From assembly GCF_009914755.1 (NCBI RefSeq), contig NC_060933.1: a stretch of DNA of 64,000 nt. One strand, 5' to 3'. This DNA comes from the human T2T-CHM13v2.0 reference genome, Homo sapiens. Below the pieces are notes generated by a model that worked only from the letters and a program-made list of their open reading frames with translations, made no database searches and was not told where the DNA came from. This document shows, one piece after another, positions 42,272 to 55,341 of this stretch. Position numbers and translations under genes: made by a program. The stretch's first letter is position 1; each line of letters starts with the position of its first letter.

Positions 42272-42861
42272 GCAAAGCACATGCACAACATTGGTATCAA
42301 TTCAGTGAGATTATTTCTCTTCACGTTTTACGTTTTGCAAGTTTAATGACCATGATTAAATATGGCATACAATTTACCTGGCTTTTCTAGTATATTTTTC
42401 TAGGGTGAGCTGGTATCATCGGAAACAGAACCTTTTTAAAAATTGTGTTTTGTTTTTCTCTGAATTTTATGATTACTTTTTTCCAATCTTCCCTAGATTT
42501 TCCTGCCAAATAATACTAACAGAATTATTAAAAATAATAAAGCTAATGTGCAAATTTTGAAAAGAATTAACTTTGCCTTGATCAAGAACACAGATTGGTT
42601 GCAAAATGTGGAAACTTCCAGAAAAATCTTTTCAATTCCAAAGAGTAGTATCCAACCATCTTTGCTGTTTTGAACTAGTCAACCATGGAGGAAACTCTCT
42701 ATAAAATCAGCGTTATTGAATAACAATTAAATATACAAAATTGCCTCTCCTTCCTACCTATGGCACCAATTCTCAAATGTTCAATAAGAACACAGAGTTA
42801 TGGAATGGGGCATGGAGAAGTGGCCTACCCTAGTAACTGCAAATATTGAAATAATAAATCT

Positions 42862-43164
<303 letters not shown>

Positions 43165-45039
43165 TGAAATAATAAATCTTTAAAGAGAGTTTTCTATAAA
43201 TATATTTGAAATATTTATGCTTCAAGAACTTCTGGAATAATACTCAAAAGTTTAATACAAAACCTCCTGGTAAGTAAGAAACTCAGTGAAATTAGGCTTA
43301 TATATTTTTTCCTGACTCTATTATGTAATTCTCAGATTCACCCAAAATTATTTTTATGTGTGCTCTTGAAAGATATTTTTATTATGGAATCAGTGTTTCT
43401 ACTTTTCTGGAACTAAAGCCAAGGCATGTGACAAAATAGATGAAATTGGAGCAATTTTCCCAAACTCGGGGCATATGACAAATGTCTATAGAAGGCACTA
43501 TTATATTTCTCTCTAGCTTGGGGATAAACTTTTCATATCTGCCAATCTAATTTGACTAATGTATTGTTTTTACAGTGCGTTAGTGGAAATTAAATGGTAA
43601 ATCCAGTCAAATAGTCATTCTATACATCAAAAAGAAAAATCAGTCAACGCAACTGTCTGACTGAAATGAATGAAGAAAACAATTCAAGACAAACAATTGT
43701 CCCAGTAGACTTGTATAAATACAGTAGTGGTGTCATGTGCAGAATTAATCTTTCCCCACTCTTAACTGGAGAACATTCTGCCAGGCAATTCAGTCACTCA
43801 AATAATCCTGAATTTTAATATTCCAGTTTCATTTACTCTAAGTTAATGGTGACTGCCCTTCCTTCTCCTTCATCTGTCAATCAATCAAGAGAATGTCAGA
43901 GCAGGAGAATAGTAATATTGGCATATTGTAATGTACTACCCTGAATTCTACAGCTTCAAAACTCTGAGACTAACTCAATGATGGTCTTAAAGAGTATGGT
44001 GCAGAAAGAATATGGGAATTGAATCACAGACCATAGCCAGTTCCTTCTAGCACTAACATTCGATATCTCTGGTTCTAATATATTATAAAATACTTCAAAA
44101 GGAAAATTTTTAAGTAGTCAGCAGAAATATGGCTCGAAAGCAGGCCCATTGAGAAGAAACATTGTCATCTATGATTGACTTTGAAGTCTCCTTGTCTTTT
44201 GCTCCTTAAACTGGAATTCAGTGTGTAGATTCTCTTCTGTTAAACATTAGACTGTTGGGAAAGTGTGTTTGATTTCATTTTTTTAATACTCTAATTTTTC
44301 AAACAATATTGTCTTTAAAACAGTTTAAAAGTTATTTGAATATTATAAGGCTGTTTTTTGTTTTTTAGTTGCCAACCTTCTAGAACAAATCTGTGTGCTT
44401 AGCTGTAATAGATGGATAGTGTCTGGAAAGCAAGCAAAATAGATGAGTTTTCTGTTTTTAAAGAGCTCTACCTGTGTATGTAAGCAACATAACACATTTC
44501 TCATGAAATAATATGTTCAAGAAGGGAAGAAAGGTGATTCCCTTGGTATAATTCATGATAACAAAGAAGACTCTAATAAGACCTTTATAAAGAGGACGTA
44601 AACAAAAGAAAAGTAACTTTAGAAAGGATAAAACCAAGTCTTGGCTAATATTGTATGTTTTCTGATAGACTCTTATACAGAGAGAGAATATGGTAGAGGA
44701 GTGGCAATAATATCAATATGTTACATCTAGCTATTTTGTAGAATGCAAGGATTACATGTGGGATAATAAAAGCACTTTGCAAAAGCAGCCAGCTCTCAAT
44801 TATTCAGTACAGTTCATTCAGTCTGTTCTTTTGCCTCCTTCAATTGAATAGTGTGAATTAGAAGTGTATAAACTTCTAATTCATTTATCAATTGTCCACT
44901 AAGATAATAGATATGGGCTAAAAATAAATTCTTTTTTTCTTCTGCCCTTACATCCTAACCTTAATGGGCATTGCAGAAATCAATCAATCTCTCTCTCTCT
45001 TTCTCTCTAGATACAAATATAGACATAGATATTTTGGAG

Positions 45040-45827
45040 TTTATGGATATGTTGGTCCTGCATCTCCTTTTTCCTCAGATCTATTGCTTTTCTGTTTTGG
45101 AGGCGGGGTCGTACAGTGGTGTGATCAGAGCTCACTGTAGCCTTGACTTCCTGGGCTCAGGTGATTCTCCTGCCTCAGCCTCCCGAGGAGCAGTAATTAC
45201 AGATGCGCACCACCACGCCACGCTAATGTTTTTTTTTTTGTTTGTTTGGTTTTGTTTTGTAGAGATACAGGGTTTTGCCATGTTGCCCAGGCTGGTCTCA
45301 AACTCCTGGCTTTCAAGCAATCCACCTACCTAGGCCTCTCAAAGTGCTGGGATTATAGGCGTGAGCCACTGCACCCGGACTCCTTTTTGTTTTCTTGCTT
45401 CACTGACCCCTGGAAGCTGCATATCTAAGGGCCCACTGTTCACTGGCTTATAGGTTTAGCCTGTGGGAATCTCTGGTGTCAGACTGGTGGGCAAGAGGAC
45501 AGGTGAAGTCAACATATTTTCTGTTTTTCTCTCTGTCTTGGTGGCATATGTGTCACTAATATCATCAATTCTAGGGCTGCAGCTCCTGTGTGAAAAGCCT
45601 GGCAGCCAGGTGGTCCTGGCCTCTGGGCTTTTGTGTCATCACTCATGCCCTTTGTCTCTTCAGACTAGGAGAGTAGTGGCTTTCTGTTGTTAATAATCGC
45701 TGGGTTGTCTCATCATCTTTTGTTTGGTCTGATAGCTCTTCCTGTGTAACTAATCTTGTACATTATATTTCTTTTATTTTAGTGTATAAAATGGTTTTAT
45801 TTTTCTGATTAGACCCTGAAGGAAACA
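45040..45827 (+). mobile_element. LTR33-like ERVL solo LTR interrupted by AluJ
   Basis: CCCTTTGTCTCTTCAGACTAGGAGAGTAGTGGCTTTCTG and the 3' end TTTTCTGATTAGACCCTGA...ACA resemble LTR33; the 5' boundary is uncertain. Confidence 0.6.
45088..45380 (-). mobile_element. AluJ
   Basis: GCTCACTGTAGCCTTGACTTCCTGGGCTCAG and GCCATGTTGCCCAGGCTGG are AluJ diagnostics; short deletion near the tail. Confidence 0.88.
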
Positions 45828-46160
45828 ATGGATAATAGTTTTTTTCATGACTCAGTCACTAATCAGTGGGTGCAAACAAATTCCCAGTATCCTCATTTTT
45901 CCAGCTTATTAGCTGCATTGACTAACTGGGATATCTCAGCCATCCTTAGAGTTTTTCTGAGGTAGGAGGGTATTAGGACTCTTGGGAGGGTGTTGATGCC
46001 CCCATCCATCCTCTTCATAAATTCTCCTCCTAATGTCACATGGAAAAATAATCTTTAAACCTCACAATAACGAAGAGATGTTGGCAGCGGGTTGCGGGTG
46101 ATGGGGGGGAAGGGGATTGTAACTGTGATACATAGTGGGTTCTGGAATCAGCTACATACA

Positions 46161-46699
46161 TTTCTTTGTTTTAAAATATAATTTCAACTTTTATTTTAGA
46201 TTCAATGGGTACATGTGCAGGTTGGTTACATGAGTACCTTGCATGACGCTGAGTACATTTGGATACGAATGATCTCATCACCCAGGTAGTGAGCATAGTA
46301 CTCAAGAGTTAGTCTTTCAATCTTTGCTCTCCTCTCTCCCTCCCCCATCTAGTAGACTCCAATGTCTATTGTTGCCATCTTTATGTCCATGAGTACCCAA
46401 TGTTTAGCTCTCACTTATAAGTGAGAACAGGTAGTATTTGGTTTTCTGTTTCTGTGTTAATGCACTTAGAATAATGGTCTCCAGCTGCATCCATGTTGCT
46501 GTAAAGGACACGATTTTGTTCTTTTTTCATGGCTGTGTAGTATTCTATACAATCTCATTAATGGATATATATCCAAAAAGAAAATAAATTGTTGTACAAA
46601 AAGGCACTGGCATTTGTGTGTTCATTACAGCACTTTTCACGACAGCAAAGACGTAGAATCAATCAAGGTGCCCATCAATGGTGGATTGGACAAGGCATG
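46161..46699 (-). mobile_element. L1PA16-like 3' fragment with 5' inversion (twin priming)
   Basis: Antisense 3'UTR at 46161-46548, homologous to 3480-4280, followed by an opposite-orientation ORF2 piece at 46549-46699 that lies just upstream of the breakpoint in L1 coordinates. Confidence 0.85.
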
Positions 46700-47356
46700 T
46701 AAAATGGTTTCATTTTTCTAATTAGACTCTGAAGGATACAATGGATGCATTTAAAACATTAGTCACACTTCTATGATAGTAAATATATTTCAATTATTTG
46801 GTCTATAGAATACCTAGAAAAAATGTAATTTATGATAAATACACTTTCATCACATCTTTTTTTCCTGCAAGGTATTTTTCTCCATAATATGACAAGTATG
46901 AATCATTTCACAACACATTACAAGGTCCAGGTAATGTCACAGATTTCAAGATTTTTTTTTTCTGTAAATTTTAATTTAGGTACAGATACAAACCACCAAG
47001 TTTGGCAAATGCATAGTATCAGCCAATTGTGGGAAACCATTTCTTTTAGTTTGCAGAAGAAATCAGAAACTTCTCTCATAGAAAAGGTGAGGAAAAGCTT
47101 GGTTCTCAATTGCAAAGATCACCCCTGACAATACTGTTTGATCAGACTGGAATGGTCCCTTCAAAAGTGCAAGGGTTTCTAAAATAATCATGATTTAGAA
47201 TCCACTTTCCATGGGCACTACTTATTTTGGAATCCTGCTATATCATGGGTGCTGAATTCAAGTTGTAACCTGTTTTCTTTTCTTACTCCTCAGTGACTTC
47301 ACACTAACTTAGGATCAGATCATTCTCACTGGACTTTAACATGCACATCTTCAACC

Positions 47357-47765
47357 CATTGGTGTTCCGGTAAATGTTTAGCAGCCATCTCACTGAAAAA
47401 TAAAGCCAGAATTGTGTTTATCCATTTCTGTGATGTGAGTGCTCCCAATATGGCCAACATTGTGGTTCTGTTACTAACGTGATGTCACTAAAGACAGAGT
47501 TGGAAAGGGATGCTCAGTAGCACTTCTCATATAGTATTTCTGCCACACCAATTCAACACAGGTAAATAATGTCAAGAGCATAGACAACAGTAAACTGTAG
47601 TAAAATAATTAGGAACTGATGAGTTTGTATGTAACATAATTTATTTCAGAGTGTGTTTATGTAATTTAAATTTTAATAATGTCTGCATTTAACAACATGG
47701 AATTCCTGAAAAATGAATAACTGACTCTTGCAAGCCAGTCCGAGCTGGCTGCAGTGCACTATCAT
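47357..47765. mobile_element. MER63B-like hAT-Blackjack element
   Basis: GGTAAATGTTTA, AACGTGATGTCACT, TCAAGAGCATAGA...GTAGTAAAATAATTAGGAA and AATTCCTGAAAA...GAGCTGGCT blocks. Confidence 0.75.
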
Positions 47766-48794
47766 TTGTCCTCCTCTGAGATTTTCTGAATAGCCTTGAC
47801 CACCCAACACAAATAGCCATTTAGGAATAGTCTTCAGTATGCTCCACAATCCATTGTCTTTCAGAGAACTGCAAAAAACAACAAAAAAAAGCCATTTACT
47901 ATACCCCTTGCTTTATGGAGAGCTAAGAATGAGAAAGCATAGGGCTGACTGTAGCCCTGGAGGGAAAAGATTAAGAGAGCACTATAGGGAGACATTTCAT
48001 ATATTTTTATGAGGCTAGAGGAATAAAACAATATGAAAATTAATTTATTAGTAGACTATTTTGCTACAAAAAAGTTGTAATAGATCACCTGTTACAAAGA
48101 AATGCTCCTGTCCCCTCCAACTGATTCGGGATGTTACAGGGGCTCTCTAATAGTGCTCCTAGTTATCACAGAGGGGCAGCTCCAACTGACACAGCTGCCC
48201 TTTGCTTCCTTTTTCTAAGACACAACAATCTGGCTTCCCATTATTTATGCCACTCTCTAATTCTACTGTCCAATGATTTCTCAGTTTTACAGGGCTTGGG
48301 AATCATCTTTAGAGCTAGTTCTTTTCTCCCTATTCTGCTCTGTTAAAGATGTCATAGAGTCAAGTTGCTTAGGTCTAGTAAAGCACAGGCTTGAATGGGA
48401 CAACAGTTTTGTTTTTATGCATAGTCCTCTTATTCTGTGGACATACTAGATGCATCGACCCAGGTGGCTGGGTCAAGGCCATTTTGTAAAATATTCACTA
48501 AACTGTGTCTAGTAAGACAGTTCTCTCCAATGGTAAGGATTTTGTTTCTTGCCTTAGTTTCCATTTATGATATGTCTTTCTTAGCAGCATTATCGATCCT
48601 TTTAAAGTAATTTCTGTCATTTATCCCAGAACATTCAGTTTCCATATATGTCTCTGCATATGTTTTAATGCCAGTTGTAGAATTGTTTCATCTTCTTTTT
48701 TTAAGTTCTTGTGCTTTTATATTTTCTTTAAAAAATGGATGCAACAAGGTATTTGGGAAGACCGAGGCATTGTACATAATGAAACCTGCCTGCC

Positions 48795-49340
48795 TGTGAT
48801 GGTTAATTTTATGTGTCGACTTGCCTGGACCATGGGGTGCCTTGATATTTGGTCAAATGTCATTCTGGGTGTTTCTGTGAGGTTGTTTTTTGACAATATT
48901 AACATTTAAATTGGTAGACTGAGTAAAATACATTGCTCTCCATGATGTGGGTGGGCCTCATCTAATTTCTTGCAGAATTGAATAAAATAAAAAGACTGGC
49001 CCTCCCTGAATAAGAGACAATTCTCCTGCCTAATGGCATTCAAAATAAAAAAATCGTATTTTTCCTGTTTTTGTACTCAAACGGAAACGTTGACTCTTGC
49101 TGGGTCTTCAGCCTTTCAGACTTTAGGCGGAAGCAGTATCATTGGCCTTCCTGATTTTCAGGTGTTCCAAATTCACCTGTAGTGAAATCATTGGCTTTCC
49201 TGGGTCTTCAGCTAGCTGAATAATCCTGAAGATCTTGTGATGTGTCTGCCTTCATAATCATGTGAGCCAATTCCTTATAATAAGTGTCTTTTTAAATATA
49301 TTCATCCTATTGATTCCATTTCTCTGGAGAACGCTAATTG
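48795..49340 (+). mobile_element. MLT2B-like ERVL solo LTR
   Basis: Starts TGTGATGGTTAATTTTATGTGTCGACTTG; contains CATAATCATGTGAGCCAATTCCTTATAATAA; ends TTTCTCTGGAGAAC. Confidence 0.88.
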
Positions 49341-49619
49341 CCTGATTACTGAATCTTAGCTCTCTTGACCTCAGAATTCTCCTATTCCACATGGTGTATG
49401 TACTTAAACATAAGTACAATTTCTTTATTGAGTAAATCTTTGAAAAAAAGTTTTTTTTTATATTTGCAGCAACATATGATTTTTTCACCGTAGTCATGAA
49501 TCCCAATGATTACTTCAAGGAGTTGGTTTAGTAAAATGTTTCCAAATTTGGAAGTGATGAAGAATATTTTTAAACTAGCTTCTAATTTTATAACCATAAG
49601 TTTTCATATTTAATCACAG

Positions 49620-49998
49620 TGTATGAGTCCATTTTCATACTGCTATGATGAAATACCCCAGTCTGGGTAATTTATAAAGAAAAAGTGGTTTAATAGACTC
49701 ACAGTTCTGCATGGCTGGGGAGGCCTCACAATCATGGCAGAAAGTGAAGGAGGAGCAAAGGCATGTCTTACATGGCAGCAGGCAAGAGACTGTGTGCAGG
49801 CAAACTGCCCTTTATAAAACCATCAGATCTCGTGAGACTTATTTAGTATTATGAGAACAGCATGGGAAAAAGCCGACCCATGATTCAATGACCTTCCACT
49901 GGGTCCCTACTATGTGACACGTGGAGATTATGGGAGCTACTATTCAGGATGAGATTTGGGTAGGGACACAGCGAAACCAACACAGCCAAACCATATAA
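49620..49998 (-). mobile_element. THE1 (THE1C-like) MaLR solo LTR
   Basis: GGCTGGGGAGGCCTCACAATCATGGCAGAA, CCCTTTATAAAACCATCAGATCTCGTGAGACTT and GGGACACAGC...CAAACCATAT. Confidence 0.92.
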
Positions 49999-50789
49999 TA
50001 TAATTAAATCCCTCTAAGGAAGCCTAAGTAGTTGTTTGTGTTTACAGGACAAAATTACAGAGACAGGAAATTTGTTGAGATTTTTAAAGATATTTTAAAT
50101 TTTCAAAATGTTGTGTAGGATTTGGTTTACTTCGAAGTAGAATTAGCTTTTGTAAATAAGGGATCGAATTTCTGAAGAGTACCAAACCAAAAATCAGATT
50201 TTCCAAAAGCTAATGTTAGCTTTACCAATGACTAGCTATTTTACTAGTTCACATCTGTGGATATCATTTTCATTGTGTAAAAGTCCTGGTGTTAAACAGC
50301 TTATATCTATGTTTTTAGTATTATGTCACCCATAAGCAACAGTATGGGATAAGCAGAAGTTTTCTTGGTGTTTCTCACTTATTAAACTCATCCTACTGAC
50401 ATATTTTTCTCAACCTACTTCAGATGTCCAGAGATGATAGAATGACTCCTTCTTTCCAACCAAAAATCCACTGGGGGAAAAGAAAATATGATACTAATTT
50501 ATCATATGTGTAAATGATTTAAAATAGCTTTACATGTCACTGGATCTCTAGTTTTATATATTTTTTATTTTGCATTTTAAGAAGAATGATATTTTTAGCT
50601 AAATGAATGAGATTTAGAAGTGGGATTTCAGAGAAAAAAGTATAGTTTGGGACATTAGGAGTTTTTTGAGTCATTTAAAGAACTTTCAAGGTAATTGCCT
50701 ATTTGGCTTAACTGTAAAATTGATGGAAGGGTCTACAGGGTTACAAGTCAGGACTGGACAAGAGATAGAAGAATTACTACTTCCCATAC

Positions 50790-50895
50790 TTCATTAATTT
50801 CTACTCATCTATTATATGCTAGGCATTGTGCTAGTTGATAGGTGTATATTAATTAATGCAGATGACACAGGCAAGGTGCTCATGGAGCTTACTAT
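50790..50895 (-). mobile_element. L2 3' end fragment
   Basis: TATATGCTAGGCATTGTGCTAG...CTCATGGAGCTTAC. Confidence 0.55.
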
Positions 50896-51199
50896 GTAAT
50901 TATTGTACTTACTTAGGACTATAGAGTCTACAAACTTATTAGAGAAATACTGAAGATCCTAAGCCCAAAATGTCCTGTATTACATAATACACATCTATTC
51001 TGACTTGAAATGACTTTTTGAAACACTATTTAAATCTAGATGAAAAACAATAACAATTCTTTACATCTTATTTTTATTCAGAAATATGTTCTCTTTTTAT
51101 GTGCCCACTTTGTTTTCTGCATTAAGGAAGACATAGAATTTTTAAAAAGTATTAAACTGATAAGAACAGCTATGACACTGGGTATTAGCCAAAAGGCCA

Positions 51200-52966
51200 A
51201 GATATATGGAACCACAAAAGACATCAGAGAAAAGACCTGAGCAAAAACAACAAAAATGGAGGCATCACACTACCTGGCTTCAAAATATACTACAAAGCTA
51301 CAGTAACTAAATCCGCATGGTACTGGCATAAAAACTGAGACATAGAACACTGGAATAGAACAGGAAATCCAGATATAAATCCACATATTTATAGCCAATT
51401 AATTTGCAACAAAGGTGCCAAGAACATACAATAGGGAAAAGGGCACTCTCTTAAATAAGTGGTGCTGGGAAAACTAGATAACCATATGCAGAAGAATGAA
51501 ACTAGACCCCTATATTTCACCATATACAAAAACAAAATCAAAATGGATTAAAGGCTTAACTCTAAGACCTGAAAGTTTGCAACTACTAGAAGAAAACTTT
51601 GGGAAAGCCTTTCCAGACATGATCTGAGCAACAATTTTTTATGTAGGACCTCAAAAATAGAGGCAACAAAAGCAAAAATATACAAGTGGGATTATACCAA
51701 GCTAAAAACTTTTGCACAGCAAAGGAAACAATCAACAAAGTGAATAGACAGCCCATAGAATGGGAGGAAACATTTGCAAGGGGTTAATAATCAGAATCCG
51801 TAAGGAGCTCAAACAACTCAATAGCAAAAAGAAACAAAAAACCCCAAATAATCCAATTTAAAAATGGGCAAATGATCTAAATGACATTTCTCAAAAGAAG
51901 AAATACAAATGGCCAACAGGTATATGAAACAATGTTCAACATCACTAGTCATCAGAGAAATGCAAACCAAAATTATATCTCACCATAACATCATACCAAA
52001 ATCATAATATAATATTATCTCATCCCAATTAGACTGGCTTTTATAAAGAAGACATAGAATAATGGGTGCTTAATAGGATGCAGAGAAAGGGAAACCTTTC
52101 TGTATTGTTGGTAGGAATGTAAATTAATATAGCAACTATGGAAAACAGTATAGAGGTTCCTCAAAAAGCTAAAAAATAGAACTATCGTGTGACCTACCAC
52201 TACTGGGTATATATCCAAAAGAAAGAATCAGTGTAATGAAGAGATATTTGCACTTCCATTTTGTTTCAGTACTATTCACAATAGCCAAAATATGGAATCA
52301 ACCTAACTGTCCATCAATGAATAAATAGATAAAGAAAATGTGGTATATATACACAATAGAATATTATTCGGCCGTAAAAAAAGTGAGATCTCATCATTTG
52401 CAGCAACATGGATGGAACTGGAGGTCATTATGTTAAGTAAAAGAAGCCAATCACAGAAAGAAAAATATGGCATAGTCTCATTTATACATGGGAGCTAAAA
52501 AGGTGGATCTCAGGAAGATAAGAGGGTAGATCAGTGGTTACAAGAGGCTGGAAAGTTTGAGGCAAGAGAGGGATGAAGAGAGTTTGACTAGTGGATACAA
52601 ATATACAGTTAAAAGTCTTGCAGATTTAAGTTTGCAAAACACAAGGCATCAGATATCACTTTGGACAATTTTCATCATCTAGACTTTTGTTCCCAGTAAG
52701 TGTTTTTTAATAGTCCTGTTTCCATATATATGCATATATAAGACCCAGTGTTCAGTAGATGAGTAGATTGAGTACAGTTAACATTAACCAACTGTACATT
52801 TAAAAATAACTAGAAAAGAATAATTCAAATGTTCTTAGCATAAAGAAAAGATAAGTTTAAGGTGATGGATATCCTAGTTACCCTGATTTGATTATTAGAA
52901 TGTTTAAAATTATCACATGTACCCCTGAATTTTGTACATCTATTATGTATCAGTAAAAAAATAAAA
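51200..52966 (+). mobile_element. 5'-truncated L1MA4/5-like LINE-1 with a foreign ~128-bp insert in its 3'UTR
   Basis: ORF2 3' part (GGAGGCATCACACTACCTG...) and L1MA 3'UTR (GGTGATGGATATCCTAGTTACCCTGATTTG), with A tail at 52955-52966. Non-L1 insert at about 52612-52737. Confidence 0.88.
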
Positions 52967-53591
52967 TGTGAAAGTGTTATTGAGACACTGAGATAAATGA
53001 AAAAGTAATATCCATGTATTTTAATAATTGATATCTGAAACTATATAAGCTATGAAACAAAATCTAATTGAAAACAGTGCAACAAAAATTGATCATTTAA
53101 ATATTAGCCACTAATATTTATTTGATCCAAATACCCAGAGCCAAGTATTGGACATTGTTAATAATGTTCAAGTGTAAAGTCAAATGTAAATACATAATCT
53201 AGAGAGAATTCTTATATAGAACTTCTTTAGCTTCCTAAATTAATTCACCAAAACTCAAATACTGTCCTTTATAACACTGGAAATGAAAGCTTTACTTTTT
53301 AATAGAAAAATCTGCATTTCACTGTAAAAATAGAACACTTCATTCCCGACCTATACACACTTTGAGAAGCAATAGTTTTTGGAATGCTGAATACTTAGCA
53401 TAAAGACATTAAGTCTTGAAAATTCATTTCAGGCTTGAGAGACCTACATATATACATTTATATATATATACATATATGGAAACAGGACTATTAAAATAAC
53501 CACTTCCTGGGAGCAAAAGGCTATGTGACAGAAACTCTCCAAAGTTATACCTTTTGCTTTATGTCTTGCAAACTTAAGTCTGCAAGTACTT
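52612..53591. repeat. Inverted repeat pair 52612-52740 / 53461-53591
   Basis: The reverse complement of the first arm aligns to the second at about 80% by hand alignment (e.g. ATATATGGAAACAGGACTATTAAAA and TTGCAAACTTAA.TCTGCAAG). Confidence 0.92.
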
Positions 53592-54077
53592 GAAAATGAG
53601 GAATATATGCAATTTATGCTTAATACTGATGTAATTAAAGTTTCTGGCACTACTTGGGTTAACCATCAAGAGGCAGAGTAACCAATTTAAGCAGTAAAAT
53701 AGCACACTGGATTTATCAATTCTTGTCTTAAATTTGACCATTAAGGTACCCTATACACAAACATCATTACAGTTTTGTTTTATGATGTTGTTCCTCTTTA
53801 ATGAGAAGTAAAGTACATATCACAGTGGTAATAGCCCCAAGTTTTGGTTCCAATTTTGTGATTTGTGATAAGTCACATATCCAATGTAAACCTTCCATTA
53901 TAAAAGTAAAGCTTTCATTTATAAAGTTGTTAAGGATAGTGTTTAATATTAAGTGCTAGCAAATTAAATTTATGAAGGTTTAAAAAGTCTTACATAAGGA
54001 TTTTCTCTAAAGTATTGACATTTCATTTGTTTATACATTTAGAAGATAGATCATGACATCAGTTGTCAGTGCTGGCT
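53140..54077. repeat. Older inverted repeat pair ~53140-53320 / ~53883-54077
   Basis: AAATGAAAGCTTTACTTTT (53281-53299) is the exact reverse complement of AAAAGTAAAGCTTTCATTT (53902-53920); colinear similarity of roughly 65-70% continues for about 160 bp. Confidence 0.75.
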
Positions 54078-54434
54078 GCTTTCTACTCTACCAAGATGTG
54101 CCTCACCTTAAAGATCACAAGCAGTGGAGACTGTTCAATTCAGATCGACATGAACTGACACCTGGGCATTGGGATTTTGGCCTAACTCATGTTTGTTCTT
54201 GAATGTAAGGTATCTCATAGAACTAGTGAACAGATCCCTGGTATTCAGATTGAGTTTAAAGTAAACTGTGCAGAAGATATATTCCAGAGAATTTCATAGG
54301 TTTATAGATCAAATGATCTGTGTTTCTATGAATTTTAGTGTGAAATGCTCAACTGACAGAGCCTCAAAAATTGATATGTGGTTTGTGGAAGAGAACAAAA
54401 GGGCAATGTGGCAGACACGCCTAATGGACTGATA

Positions 54435-54750
54435 AAGATTCATGCTTTCCTTAGGTTGATTGCCACTAGGTGAGGTGGTGTGGCTACTTCTCCCTCTAAT
54501 GAATGCAAGTGGGAATGATGTGAACCTCTTTAGGACTAAGTGGTTATGAAATAGGAATATTTTCTCTGTGTCTTCTTTTCTCAAGTACAGTGCAAAGGGA
54601 AAGGAGCCCAAAGACGTAGATAAGGACAGAATCACTGAACGCAGTTAAACCAGGAAACTCCAGTTGGACTTGACATAGAGTCAGAAGTAATATTTATTAT
54701 GTGAAGGAACTGAACTATGGAGGGTTGGTGATTATATGGAAATATTAATT
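54435..54750 (+). mobile_element. MLT1I/J-like LTR (highly degraded)
   Basis: CTAATGAATGCAAGTGGGAATGATGTG and TTGGACTTGACAT...AGAAGTAATATTTATTATGTGAAG...CTGA match the old MLT1 pattern. Confidence 0.5.
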
Positions 54751-54849
54751 AAAATTTTGACTTTTTTTCTGAGATGGCACTTGCTCAAGATGTGTAAGGA
54801 CGGTGAAAAATAATGGCATAAATTTGTTGTGGTCTCTCAGTTTAGTGTT

Positions 54850-54970
54850 CTCATTTGTGTTTTATGAAACCCTGTGAATTAGTTCAGGGGACAAATCCGT
54901 AAGAATTTTCCTGGGGAAACCGAGGCTTAAGAAACTTCCCCTAAAACACACTTCACAGTGCAGTGGATAC
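54850..54970 (-). mobile_element. MIR fragment
   Basis: AACCCTGTGA...GGGGAAACCGAGGCTTAAG core. Confidence 0.45.
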
Positions 54971-55042
54971 CAAAGGGCACAAAAATAAGATCTAAGAAAA
55001 AGTGTCTAACGTTCTTTATCTCCATCTATATCCCAATTCTTT

Positions 55043-55341
55043 TGTTTGTTTGTTTGTTTGTTTGAGACGGAGTCTCGCTGTCACCCAGGCTGGAGTGCAG
55101 TGGCGCGATCTCAGCTCACTGCAAGCTCCGCCTCCCAGTTCAAGCCATTCTCCTGCCTCAGCCTCCCGAGTAGCTGGGACTACAGCCGCCCACCACCATG
55201 CCCAGCTAATTTTTTGTATTTTTAGTAGAGACAGGGTTTCACAGTGTTGGCCAGGATGGTCTCGATTTCCTGACTTCGTGATCCGCCCACCTCGGCCTCC
55301 CAAAGTGCTGGGATTACAGGCGTGAGCCACCGCGCCTGGCC
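55043..55341 (-). mobile_element. AluY with (TTTG)n tail
   Basis: GCAAGCTCCGCC, GCCATTCTCC and GGATGGTCTCGAT diagnostics; perfect TSD TATATCCCAATTCTTT at 55027-55042 and 55342-55357. Confidence 0.95.

Noticed and set aside
43576-43596. 21-nt plus-strand microexon-like segment (GACTAAT branch point, TTTTTACAG acceptor, GTAAAT donor)
   Set aside because: Motifs this short are expected by chance in 64 kb, and no host gene or other exons are evident.
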